From positions 324,595 to 388,594 of the IMG/VR virus record IMGVR_UViG_3300024262_006558: 64,000 bases of DNA; one strand, written 5' to 3'. The position numbers and the translations under genes were made by a program. Numbering within the stretch: the first letter of the stretch is position 1; every line of letters begins with the position of its first letter. Positions 40,657 to 49,023 of this stretch are shown one piece after another. The notes under the pieces were generated by a model. It was given only the letters and a program-made list of their open reading frames with translations. It was not told the origin of the DNA and made no database searches.

Positions 40657-41250
40657 TTAGTTTATGTAAAATTTCATTTCTTGTTCAGTGTCACAATTGT
40701 AACTTTTCAAATGCCCTTCTTCACCTTGCATGCCGATGGTGCAAAGAACATACTGAACACCTTCTCTGCCTTCATCTAATTGGGATAATTTGAATTTTTT
40801 TAAAACATCTTCACGATCGGAAATGTATGAATTACGCTGTATTTGTTGAGTAACAATAACTTCATACCCATCTTCTTCCTGAGAAATATTATAAAGGTCT
40901 TCATCTATCTTACCTATAATTTCAAGATAGCTAAGATCATTTTCTGACCCATCTCCTAGAGTTAAATTACCTATACCATCAATAACAATAGAGTCATATC
41001 CTGGATAATTTTTTAACTTCCTAATAATATCATTAACGCTAGATCCTAAATCCAACTCTACAATTTTTATGTTATTACCACCACTTAATAAATTATTACT
41101 ATTAAGTAACATATCCATCCTATTGAGCACATCTTTCATTCTCCACTCAGACACAAAGAAAACAAAATTAGTTTCTGGTCTAGATATCATATGAGCAAGC
41201 AATGAAATGTTATTACCACTCCCAACAGTTCCGCAAAATTTCTTATACAT
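40657..41250 (-). CDS. Degenerate RecA/DnaB-fold protein
   Basis: GTVGSGNN P-loop-like; IVIDGIGNL; VTQQIQR. Confidence 0.45.
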   Translation of the reverse strand: MYKKFCGTVGSGNNISLLAHMISRPETNFVFFVSEWRMKDVLNRMDMLLNSNNLLSGGNNIKIVELDLGSSVNDIIRKLKNYPGYDSIVIDGIGNLTLGDGSENDLSYLEIIGKIDEDLYNISQEEDGYEVIVTQQIQRNSYISDREDVLKKFKLSQLDEGREGVQYVLCTIGMQGEEGHLKSYNCDTEQEMKFYIN

Positions 41251-41773
41251 TTTTTATATATTTTAAAGGTACAAACTCCGTTAAATAAACTCCATTCTCA
41301 GAACGATAAAACACATATCCATCGTTATGCATTCTCTTAGCTTCAATAGTTAATATTGAATGCTCTCCTTTACGAGATCCTACATTATCTGCAGTCTCTA
41401 CATCTTCAGAAAGATGTACAGCATGTCGTTTCATTTTACTAATACCGTCTTCCATAATTAAAGGTACAGTTTTAGTTGCGGTCCCATGATATAGATCAAA
41501 TGGAGGAATAACTGCCTCAAGTTGTAAATCTATATTTTCAACCGAGTGCCCTTGATTCGCTCTTATCTTAGATTTATCTTCACTGAAAGCGAATCTCTTT
41601 TTATTATTTGTTTCAACGATTTCTTCTAATATCTCCATAGTTAACCCTTCAATCTTATCCAGTAGAAAAGACACATCGGCCCAACCATTTTTATCCAACT
41701 CTAAACCAATAGCCTCTGGCTTATGTCTAAGTACTTTTGAAAGTAGTCTAGATGTATTGTTTTTGTTTCCCAT
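41243..41773 (-). CDS. kptA: RNA 2'-phosphotransferase Tpt1/KptA
   Basis: SKVLRHKP, KKRF, IRANQGHS, LYHGT, RHAVHLS, NGVYL. Confidence 0.93.
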   Translation of the reverse strand: MGNKNNTSRLLSKVLRHKPEAIGLELDKNGWADVSFLLDKIEGLTMEILEEIVETNNKKRFAFSEDKSKIRANQGHSVENIDLQLEAVIPPFDLYHGTATKTVPLIMEDGISKMKRHAVHLSEDVETADNVGSRKGEHSILTIEAKRMHNDGYVFYRSENGVYLTEFVPLKYIKNV

Positions 41774-41774
41774 T

Positions 41775-42074
41775 TTAGAATAAAATAAGTGCAGTTACCC
41801 AAGTAAACAATAGAGAAATTAAACATATAAATCCTCCATTTAAAATTTGCTTAAGTAAAATTGTGGTGACATCTTCACCTTCATCTTTGGGAGTCTTGTA
41901 AAATAATAAACCTTTTACAGCAAATAATATATAAGCTTGTGTAGCTGTTATTTTGAAAATGCCAAATGCTGGCACCATCAAAGAATTCCATTGATATGCA
42001 AATACATTTGCGAATGCAATAGCCATTAATGCTCCTACTATAATAGCTACTGTTATTTGTCCTATTGCTTTCAT
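41775..42074 (-). CDS. Membrane protein
   Basis: Three hydrophobic segments. Confidence 0.55.
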   Translation of the reverse strand: MKAIGQITVAIIVGALMAIAFANVFAYQWNSLMVPAFGIFKITATQAYILFAVKGLLFYKTPKDEGEDVTTILLKQILNGGFICLISLLFTWVTALILF

Positions 42075-42077
42075 TTT

Positions 42078-42293
42078 TTAATCTTTATAAATTACACATG
42101 TTAAAATTACCGATAAATACAACGTAATACCAAACCAATATAAAGGATCAAATATACCATCTATTTCTGATAAAACCCATGAAACTACATATATGACGCA
42201 GGAACTATAGAAAATAATTTTCCTTATTTTCCATCTACCCTGCTTGGTCTCCATTAATTTGTCTATTGATATTTTACTAATCTTTTCTATCAT
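42078..42293 (-). CDS. Small membrane protein
   Basis: Two TMs. Confidence 0.5.
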   Translation of the reverse strand: MIEKISKISIDKLMETKQGRWKIRKIIFYSSCVIYVVSWVLSEIDGIFDPLYWFGITLYLSVILTCVIYKD

Positions 42294-42351
42294 TCTATGG
42301 AACCTACATTACCTTACTATATCTAACGTTGTTTTCCATTAAATGTTGCAT

Positions 42352-43029
42352 TTAATATGCGCCAATATTGAATATGTATGCTACACGATCTAATTTTCCT
42401 TTGTTACCATCTGATCCATGTATAGTCCCGCCTAAATGCATAGTAAACCCTCCAGCTTTAATGGGGAATGATATTGGGTCTCCAAAATTGCCAACTGCTT
42501 CTATTATTCTATCTGGAGCATAAGGATCACCTGCCGCAACTATATGTTCAACCGTTTCGCGAAACCTTTTTGGAACATAATACAAACAACCAGTCTCCTC
42601 CGTTGTATCAATCAATGGCACCCAAAATTGAAGGGTTCTATCTATTTTTGTTCCAGCATCAGTTGACGGTTCTTTAGAGTATGCAAAATCTTGATGTAAA
42701 GCCACTTTTGATGGTGACTCCGCACCTTTCACCACTAACATAGACCAGTTAAATGTTTCATCTAACCCAAACACCTCTTTATAAACTGCTAAGGCTTTAT
42801 CTATAATTTCATTTCCTTTAAAATACTCATCTACATCCTCAGGTCTCATTAATTGCTTATGAGTACCTCCTAATACTCTATCATTTTCTCCAAGCTTACT
42901 ATCTCCAGACATTAAGTTGTGACAATGGTTTCTTAACTCTTCAAGAGCTTTATTACTAAAAGCTTCTTGAAGAACAGCAAAACCATGTTCAGGTATCCTA
43001 GAAGGGGAATATAATTCGTATTTATCCAT
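42352..43029 (-). CDS. PhyH-family 2OG-Fe(II) dioxygenase
   Basis: LHQDFAY, FWVPLID, GCLYYVP, IHGS, R.AY. Confidence 0.85.
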   Translation of the reverse strand: MDKYELYSPSRIPEHGFAVLQEAFSNKALEELRNHCHNLMSGDSKLGENDRVLGGTHKQLMRPEDVDEYFKGNEIIDKALAVYKEVFGLDETFNWSMLVVKGAESPSKVALHQDFAYSKEPSTDAGTKIDRTLQFWVPLIDTTEETGCLYYVPKRFRETVEHIVAAGDPYAPDRIIEAVGNFGDPISFPIKAGGFTMHLGGTIHGSDGNKGKLDRVAYIFNIGAY

Positions 43030-43549
43030 TTAACATTTCAATTATTTGATCCGCTATCTTCTTAGCATTCTCTGGAGAGCTGGAAATCTTTGTAAATGTT
43101 ACGTCATTTTCTACTAATATGTTTTCAATATCCTTATCCAAATCTTTAGCCTCATCTTCATTTTGATATCTACCTGTTTGTTGATACTCATGTTCTCTAA
43201 ACAGAAGTATATCAAAACTATTTAGCTTTTTATGTTCACTAATAGCTAAAGCTCTAAGCTCTTTGTTATTATCTGAATCATAAAGAATAGTATTCAACAA
43301 AGGAGAGTCACATATAACTACATCATTTTGTTTTAATAAACGAAATAATCTATGATGCTGTTTTCCAAATATATAAATCTGATTTGTAAGGGTTGTAAAA
43401 CTCTCTTCATAAACTTTGTCTTTAGCATACTCTGGAGACTCTTCACATATAACCCCTTTATACTTTAACTCGGTAAATAACCTAGCTCTAAATGTTGATT
43501 TTCCAGCTCCTGGGCCACCGTAGATTTGCACGATTATAGCTTTTTTCAT
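43022..43549 (-). CDS. NadR/Ttd14-like P-loop kinase (AAA_28)
   Basis: GGPGAGKST, EYAKD, ICDSPL. Confidence 0.8.
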   Translation of the reverse strand: MKKAIIVQIYGGPGAGKSTFRARLFTELKYKGVICEESPEYAKDKVYEESFTTLTNQIYIFGKQHHRLFRLLKQNDVVICDSPLLNTILYDSDNNKELRALAISEHKKLNSFDILLFREHEYQQTGRYQNEDEAKDLDKDIENILVENDVTFTKISSSPENAKKIADQIIEMLNG

Positions 43550-44007
43550 TTTCTATTATTTTGATATATGTTATACAATCCTAACACTAAATATAAAACG
43601 CTAAAGAACAACATTGAATATCTCAAAACGTTATAAGTCAGTAATTTATTTTTACATGAAGCTCTCAACTCTACTAAATTATCTGCTTCTTTTATTTGTT
43701 CATCTCTCATTTTTACAAATACATCAAATCTTCCTGAGTATGAACCTTTGTGAAAAATAAATACACTCTGCTCATCTAAAGTCATAGATCTATACTCGTT
43801 TTGAACCTGTATAGCTGAATCGGCAAAGCATTCCAACTCTTGTAACTCAGCATTTAAACTAGACATGTTATTAATTAATAGTTCAGATCTCACATCATAA
43901 GTCGTAATATCTATTAATATATCACTTTTTTTAAACATTACAACGAAAAACAAAACTAAGAATAGGATAAGCGAAATATTCTTAATTATTATTATTTTTT
44001 TTTCCAT
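43546..44007 (-). CDS. Membrane protein
   Basis: N- and C-terminal TMs. Confidence 0.55.
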   Translation of the reverse strand: MEKKIIIIKNISLILFLVLFFVVMFKKSDILIDITTYDVRSELLINNMSSLNAELQELECFADSAIQVQNEYRSMTLDEQSVFIFHKGSYSGRFDVFVKMRDEQIKEADNLVELRASCKNKLLTYNVLRYSMLFFSVLYLVLGLYNIYQNNRK

Positions 44008-44011
44008 AATT

Positions 44012-44935
44012 TTATAATCCCATATGAGAGGTTATTGTTTTATTGTTAATAGATGTTGCCTTTTCACCAAGAGTATCTAACATTTTTTCTAGTGTAAGAT
44101 CACAATACTCATCAATCCAATCGGCAATGAAATAAAGCTTAGTACTGTTTTGCATTACGCCAAAAAGTATTGGATCTTTCTCTATTTCCTTTTCAGCTTT
44201 CGTGCTATCACTACCATTACCTAATGGATCATAATGCAAAATCACATAGTTGTCGAAGATGTTAAGATCATCCGCCTTCTTCTTCAAAGCAATTACATCA
44301 GAAGGGATAACCCTAGTGAAATTCTTAATGAAATTCATTTTAAGATTAGCTGGCATGCCTACCTTCTTGTAGAAATCAATCACCTGCTTCTCCGTTACAT
44401 ATTTCTTTACCCCACCCTCTTTCAAAGCGCATTCATTAAGTATTGCCCCCAATTGATCTTTTAATTTCTCAGCTAAAGCAACTTGACCTAACTCTATGGC
44501 TTGCTCCATGTTTTTCACATAGCTTTTCTCAACCTCTTTTGAACCATCTATCTCCGCGAAGTTGCCTTTGACTCCGTCAAAGAATTGTTTAATATCAATA
44601 GTTGGAGCCTTTTTGAAATCTCCTTTTTGGAAATTAATACATCTCGTTATAAGGAAGTATTTCAACTTGTTTTTCCAAGTAGGTTGAATATCTCTAATGT
44701 TTCTGAAGAAGAACTTTAACTCTTGAGCTCTTGTTTGAGCTGGACCCTCTAAACCATTTTCTGTATTAACAAATGTCCAAGGGTTTGTGCCCGATATGTT
44801 AACCCTAGTATCTCCATCAAAGCTAACATTAGTTAATTCTGACGACTCATCATGCTCTTTTTTGAATTTTGGTAAATTAGTATCCGCATGGAAATTCTCA
44901 AACACTTCTAACCTTCTTAAACTTGTAGTTAACAT
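44012..44935 (-). CDS. Conserved jumbo-phage hypothetical protein
   Basis: FDNYVILHYDP...KDPILFG...YFIADWIDEYCDLTL. Confidence 0.6.
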   Translation of the reverse strand: MLTTSLRRLEVFENFHADTNLPKFKKEHDESSELTNVSFDGDTRVNISGTNPWTFVNTENGLEGPAQTRAQELKFFFRNIRDIQPTWKNKLKYFLITRCINFQKGDFKKAPTIDIKQFFDGVKGNFAEIDGSKEVEKSYVKNMEQAIELGQVALAEKLKDQLGAILNECALKEGGVKKYVTEKQVIDFYKKVGMPANLKMNFIKNFTRVIPSDVIALKKKADDLNIFDNYVILHYDPLGNGSDSTKAEKEIEKDPILFGVMQNSTKLYFIADWIDEYCDLTLEKMLDTLGEKATSINNKTITSHMGL

Positions 44936-44939
44936 ATAA

Positions 44940-45416
44940 TTATTTTTGTTGTAATTTTTCTCTTGCTTCCATCCAAATCTTACCTAATATATTGTCACCT
45001 TTCCAATATCCAGTCTGCTCATCTTTAGCTGCGCCCCAAAACTGATGCCTTCCTCCAATTCTGCTGGTTGTATCTTCCACAATCCATTTATCTTTTGTAA
45101 GTATCAAGCCGTCACGAAGCTCCTGATGGAACTTTAGCTTCAACTCTACACATAGCTTCATATTATCCACATCCTGCTCAGACATAGGCTTTATGGACAT
45201 CTTACTAGTTTTCTCCATCGCCAACTCTTTAGCTAACATTGGATTGCTTACAAGACGTATTTTTTCCCTAATTACTTCATCGTCAAAACGGAGAGCTTGG
45301 AACAAACCTTCAGTATGTTCCCAGCGTTTACCATCATGCTCGACAGGATATGGAGCCATGTTACTCATCCATCCGTATGGTAACTTAACTTTCGTAAATG
45401 CTATAATTTCACTCAT
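44940..45416 (-). CDS. NADAR (YbiA-like) family protein
   Basis: WMSNM, EGLFQALRF, LKFHQ, FWG, G.NILGKIWME.R. Confidence 0.85.
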   Translation of the reverse strand: MSEIIAFTKVKLPYGWMSNMAPYPVEHDGKRWEHTEGLFQALRFDDEVIREKIRLVSNPMLAKELAMEKTSKMSIKPMSEQDVDNMKLCVELKLKFHQELRDGLILTKDKWIVEDTTSRIGGRHQFWGAAKDEQTGYWKGDNILGKIWMEAREKLQQK

Positions 45417-45805
45417 AGATAATAAGCCCTATGTCTTTTAAATTTAACTCTATCACGCATAATTTCTTTTACCAAATTAGCGTGACCCAACATGGACTCA
45501 TCCCATGTTTCATATCTTATCTGCAATTCATTCCATTTATGATCATCTGAAAATGTCATGGTTTCAAATATAAGTGGTTGATAATCTTCCTTTTGCATGT
45601 CTTCTTTTGAAGCTCCATAGAAATGATCGACTCCAAGAAATACTGTAGACATAAGAACTTCATTAGCTTTACCTTTATCGATGATTGTTGTTTTAACTCT
45701 TCTTTTAGAATCATCCCCAAAGAACTCGCCCCAAACTTGGACATCACTTTCCCTAACGGATTTCTTATCAACAAGTATATAATTTGTTAAGATTATAAAA
45801 CTCAT
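45413..45805 (-). CDS. Conserved phage hypothetical protein
   Basis: STVFLGVDH...FETM...RY.TW. Confidence 0.6.
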   Translation of the reverse strand: MSFIILTNYILVDKKSVRESDVQVWGEFFGDDSKRRVKTTIIDKGKANEVLMSTVFLGVDHFYGASKEDMQKEDYQPLIFETMTFSDDHKWNELQIRYETWDESMLGHANLVKEIMRDRVKFKRHRAYYL

Positions 45806-46344
45806 TCCATAGAATCAGCTAAATTGTAGTTCTTAAACTCTTCAAATTCAGACACTTCCATTATGAGAACATCTTTTATAGATTGAGGCATCTCAAATTC
45901 TTGACTTTCTGATTCTAATTCTACCTCTACGGTTACAAGATCCATGTTCATGAATTTATCTATTTCCCATTTCAAACCTTGATGGTTCATAATGTATCTT
46001 AATTTGCCAATTCTTTTACTTGAAGCTCTAAATTGTTTAACGAATTCATCTTTAACAATATCTTCTTCAGCCTCATTGTTTACGATAGCTCCAGAACCCT
46101 CTCCTTCAACTGGAGTCTTAATAGTTGTATAGAAAGATTCTTCTCCTCCATGAGTTCTTTCAGCTCTATATCTAATGTGATTTTGAAGAACATCATCCCA
46201 CACGTAGCACTGCTCTATAATTTTAGGAGGCTCCTGCATATCTAGCTTAGGCAAACCTCTTAGTAAAAACTTTCTTTCTATTTCTAAATTCTCTGTATGC
46301 ATGCTTAATTTCTTTGTCACAAATATAAAAAACTTTTGGGACAA
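45802..46344 (-). CDS. CYTH-domain (triphosphate tunnel) protein
   Basis: EIERKFLL, K.R, WEIDKF, VEVEL; start probably at 46302. Confidence 0.85.
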   Translation of the reverse strand: MSQKFFIFVTKKLSMHTENLEIERKFLLRGLPKLDMQEPPKIIEQCYVWDDVLQNHIRYRAERTHGGEESFYTTIKTPVEGEGSGAIVNNEAEEDIVKDEFVKQFRASSKRIGKLRYIMNHQGLKWEIDKFMNMDLVTVEVELESESQEFEMPQSIKDVLIMEVSEFEEFKNYNLADSME

Positions 46345-46367
46345 AAAAAAGGCCCGAAGGCCTTTTT
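46343..46367 (-). terminator. Rho-independent terminator
   Basis: aaaaaaggcc-cgaa-ggcctttttg. Confidence 0.75.
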
Positions 46368-46390
46368 GTTAATTATATAACATTTACTGT

Positions 46391-46930
46391 TTATGTAGTA
46401 CTTTTGTTAAGTGCATAATCGGCTGCACATGTAGCTGCGAAAGCATCTGGTTTTATCTTAACTCTATACCCTTCGCCTTTAAGCCAGTCAATAGTAGCTT
46501 TGTATACTTTATAAGATTTATTCTCTTGGTAAACCTTTCTAACTCTACGTCCAGCTTGAGCATTGTAATCCAAATGTATTTCGCAAAGCTTATCATGCCC
46601 GCCCCTTGGGATAACTCCCTCAAGTTCAATCTCTAGCATATCAGCAATTTCTTTTGATAATTCCGCTTCTTTCCAAAGTCTAACAAAGTTATCTGTTATT
46701 CTTGGGAAACTCTGATCTATACGAACAATATGCACTCCAGCTCTTATGTCTTCATTATAAAGACAGATAGCTGTAATATAGGCAGTCTTAGTCCCTTGCT
46801 GATCAGAGTCAGTTCCGATATACACTTTATGTGTTGGGTTTTCCTTTAAGTATTCCCTTAAATACTCCCCAAGATCATTCATGCTTTTTCCTTTCCAAAG
46901 CGTGAATGGGATTTTGCCTATGTTACTCAT
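46391..46930 (-). CDS. RNase H-like YkuK family protein
   Basis: VYIGTDS, RLWKE...S, EIHLDYN, KP.AFAATCAAD. Confidence 0.8.
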   Translation of the reverse strand: MSNIGKIPFTLWKGKSMNDLGEYLREYLKENPTHKVYIGTDSDQQGTKTAYITAICLYNEDIRAGVHIVRIDQSFPRITDNFVRLWKEAELSKEIADMLEIELEGVIPRGGHDKLCEIHLDYNAQAGRRVRKVYQENKSYKVYKATIDWLKGEGYRVKIKPDAFAATCAADYALNKSTT

Positions 46931-46978
46931 TTTACCTACATTTATTAAACTACTACTCTTGTATTGATATTACATATT

Positions 46979-47197
46979 TTATCTATCACTTCCTAATAAG
47001 CCACGTTGTAAAGTTCTCCATCCACCTTCTTCATAAATCTGAAGCGTTTGAAATGTTGAATTGAATAACATGATACCAGGTGTCGGTTGTGAAATGTTTT
47101 CCCTTTCTCTTTGTGTATAAATTTGAAAATTTATAGCTTTAACCTCCCTTACTTTAAAAGGCATATAAAACCTTTTACGAATTGTCTTGTGCGCCAT
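46979..47197 (-). CDS. MRKxFY-family protein (MAHKTIRKRFY) with tail-fibre-like T.xR..I..P..G...FN motif
   Basis: TQRERENISQPTPGIMLFNSTFQTLQIYEEGGW. Confidence 0.6.
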   Translation of the reverse strand: MAHKTIRKRFYMPFKVREVKAINFQIYTQRERENISQPTPGIMLFNSTFQTLQIYEEGGWRTLQRGLLGSDR

Positions 47198-47393
47198 TGT
47201 TATCTATTATGTTTCCATAATAAATAGGATTCACTTCTGCAAGGGCGTATCTAGATCTCAAATTTACCTTTGAGCTAAATGAAGGATCACATATAACCTT
47301 CGTAGTATTAACCATTATATATGGCATAAACACAAGCCCAGGCATACTTAGATCCACACACTTATTATACGCAAAGTAAAATCTCTTTCTCAT
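47175..47393 (-). CDS. MRKxFY-leader protein with major capsid protein C-terminal fragment
   Basis: PGLVFMPYI...DPSFSSKVNLRSRYAL vs recalled gp23 AGIYYAPYV...DPKNFQPVMGFKTRYGI. Confidence 0.75.
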   Translation of the reverse strand: MRKRFYFAYNKCVDLSMPGLVFMPYIMVNTTKVICDPSFSSKVNLRSRYALAEVNPIYYGNIIDNNGAQDNS

Positions 47394-47464
47394 TACACTA
47401 AATTTGCTTGAGCCTCTAGTTCAGCCCAATAGTCTATGCCAAATGTTTCAGCATTATACCTGAT

Positions 47465-47914
47465 TTAACTCGTGGTTTGCTCAACTCTACGAACTTCATC
47501 ACCAACCCTTACATTAGTAAAGAAAGTCATTGGTTCAGCAAATACATGATAAAACTTTTTAATAGTCCTCCCGTCTGCATGTGCCTTATGATCCAAGTCT
47601 CTTCTAATTTTCCAAATATACCAAGGCTCATCTTCTGAACATGTATTTGAGGCTGAATAAACGAAGTCTAAATAATTCAAAATTCCTATAGGCCCATTCA
47701 TAGGCCGTACTTCAACAAGTTCTTGAGCTAGCAGTGTAGAAACAGGTCTTCTAGCTACAATAGATCCCTCATCTCTTGACGAGCGTCCTTCTTGCAATTT
47801 TCTCATACTATACCATTCACTAATGGAACACTCTTTTTCTATAGGAACATACCAGTCTTCATCAATGAATAAATCTGGATAAACATTATATCCTACATAG
47901 AAATTCTTTCTCAC
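47465..47914 (-). CDS. MRKxFY-leader protein with major capsid Gol-region fragment
   Basis: RRPVSTLLAQELVEVRPMNGPIGILNYLDFVY vs recalled gp23 RRAIPNLIAFDICGVQPMNSPTGQVFALRAVY. Confidence 0.8.
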   Translation of the reverse strand: MRKNFYVGYNVYPDLFIDEDWYVPIEKECSISEWYSMRKLQEGRSSRDEGSIVARRPVSTLLAQELVEVRPMNGPIGILNYLDFVYSASNTCSEDEPWYIWKIRRDLDHKAHADGRTIKKFYHVFAEPMTFFTNVRVGDEVRRVEQTTS

Positions 47915-47961
47915 TATTATGCTTTTATTAAAACATAATGATAAATAATATAAAAATCAAA

Positions 47962-48183
47962 TTAAGACTTTGGTTTACAGAAGTGTTCTTCTCTAAAATT
48001 CATGTATGTAGACATCATTACAGCATCACACATGTCAGTAAGATCATGGTTCTCTTTCAAGGCGTCTAACAGTCCTGTTTCAGACCATTTAGTTACTAAA
48101 TGTTCACGTTGAATTTGTAAAGTTCTACTACCCCACAATTCTTTTGGAGCTGGATTGTATGCATGATAAAAGTACTTCCTCAT
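47962..48183 (-). CDS. MRKxFY-leader protein with major capsid N-terminal-like fragment
   Basis: EHLVTKWSETGLLDAL vs gp23-type L..KW...GLLEGL. Confidence 0.7.
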   Translation of the reverse strand: MRKYFYHAYNPAPKELWGSRTLQIQREHLVTKWSETGLLDALKENHDLTDMCDAVMMSTYMNFREEHFCKPKS

Positions 48184-48185
48184 TA

Positions 48186-48431
48186 TTATAAATTCAAATC
48201 TTCTATATTAATACCAAAACTGCTCAAATTAATTGTAGCTTTCATACGTTCTCTTGTTTGCTCATTGTTTGGTTCTCCAACAAACTGTTCCAAGGCTACC
48301 CTCATTTGTTCTTGAGCATCAACTCCAAACACATTAAAATTGCTATCTGGAAGATTTAGTTCAATGGGAAAACGTACAGACACACTTGGAAACTTGTATT
48401 TGTTATACGCATGGTAAAATTGCTTTCTCAT
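48186..48431 (-). CDS. MRKxFY-leader protein (capsid-helix-like FGVDA.E and sheath-like FVGEPNNEQTR)
   Basis: MRKQFYHAYN; start overlaps upstream stop (ATGA). Confidence 0.6.
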   Translation of the reverse strand: MRKQFYHAYNKYKFPSVSVRFPIELNLPDSNFNVFGVDAQEQMRVALEQFVGEPNNEQTRERMKATINLSSFGINIEDLNL

Positions 48432-48673
48432 ACTCTAGTCATCTTAAAAGGCATAATTTTAGACAGTTGCCTAAAAGAATCTGGAGCCCCTCTAAGAACT
48501 TTAAATGTTGTGAAATCATTCTCACTTACAAGAGTGTCAGATATATCAACATTATATTTGTTACATATCTGCTCTATGCTAATCCCGCTGATCATAATTA
48601 AGTCCTGAACACTTTCAAGACTTATCTTCATTTTTATTTTATAAGGATGACCTATATAGAATCTCTTTCTCAT
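48428..48673 (-). CDS. MRKxFY-leader protein with capsid SxExxQDL-like fragment
   Basis: True start MRKRFY at 48673 (ATGA coupling); ISLESVQDLIMISG vs gp23 YSIELAQDLRAVHG. Confidence 0.65.
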   Translation of the reverse strand: MRKRFYIGHPYKIKMKISLESVQDLIMISGISIEQICNKYNVDISDTLVSENDFTTFKVLRGAPDSFRQLSKIMPFKMTRV

Positions 48674-48882
48674 GCTACAACTTGGACCCATCGTCCATTT
48701 AAATAAATTTTAACAGAACCTTCATCCCTATCATAAATAGACTGACCATCAAATGGGCTTGCCACCTCTTCAGGTAAATAACCAGGTAAAGTATCTTCTA
48801 TAATAACTTGATGGTGTCTTTCTAACTCTTCTAAAGTTATAACTGCTTTAAGATTTCCGTTTAAATAGAAGCGTTTTCTCAT
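48670..48882 (-). CDS. MRKxFY-leader protein with tail-fibre-like P..GQ.IYD....VKIY.NG.W motif
   Basis: MRKRFY; SPFDGQSIYDRDEGSVKIYLNGRW. Confidence 0.6.
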   Translation of the reverse strand: MRKRFYLNGNLKAVITLEELERHHQVIIEDTLPGYLPEEVASPFDGQSIYDRDEGSVKIYLNGRWVQVVA

Positions 48883-49021
48883 ATGCGTGTTCTCTCATTT
48901 CTTTTGCTAATAAATCACGTTTCTCTACACTTATTTCAATTCCATATTGAGACAACTGATCCCAAGGAACTCCCAATACTGTAAGCGCTGGCATATATGC
49001 AAAATAAAACTTCTTTCTCAT
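48848..49021 (-). CDS. MRKxFY-leader protein (57 aa, missed by track) with capsid HGxDAxxEL-like helix
   Basis: MRKKFYFAYMPALTVLGVPWDQLSQYGIEISVEKRDLLAKEMREHAYEKTLLFKRKS*. Confidence 0.68.
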   Translation of the reverse strand: MRKKFYFAYMPALTVLGVPWDQLSQYGIEISVEKRDLLAKEMREHAYEKTLLFKRKS

Positions 49022-49023
49022 TG

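Noticed and set aside
46979-49021. MRKxFY cluster as a DNA repeat or a single decayed capsid pseudogene
   Set aside because: Leader codons vary synonymously, ORFs are coupled, fragments are non-colinear and one block recurs several times.
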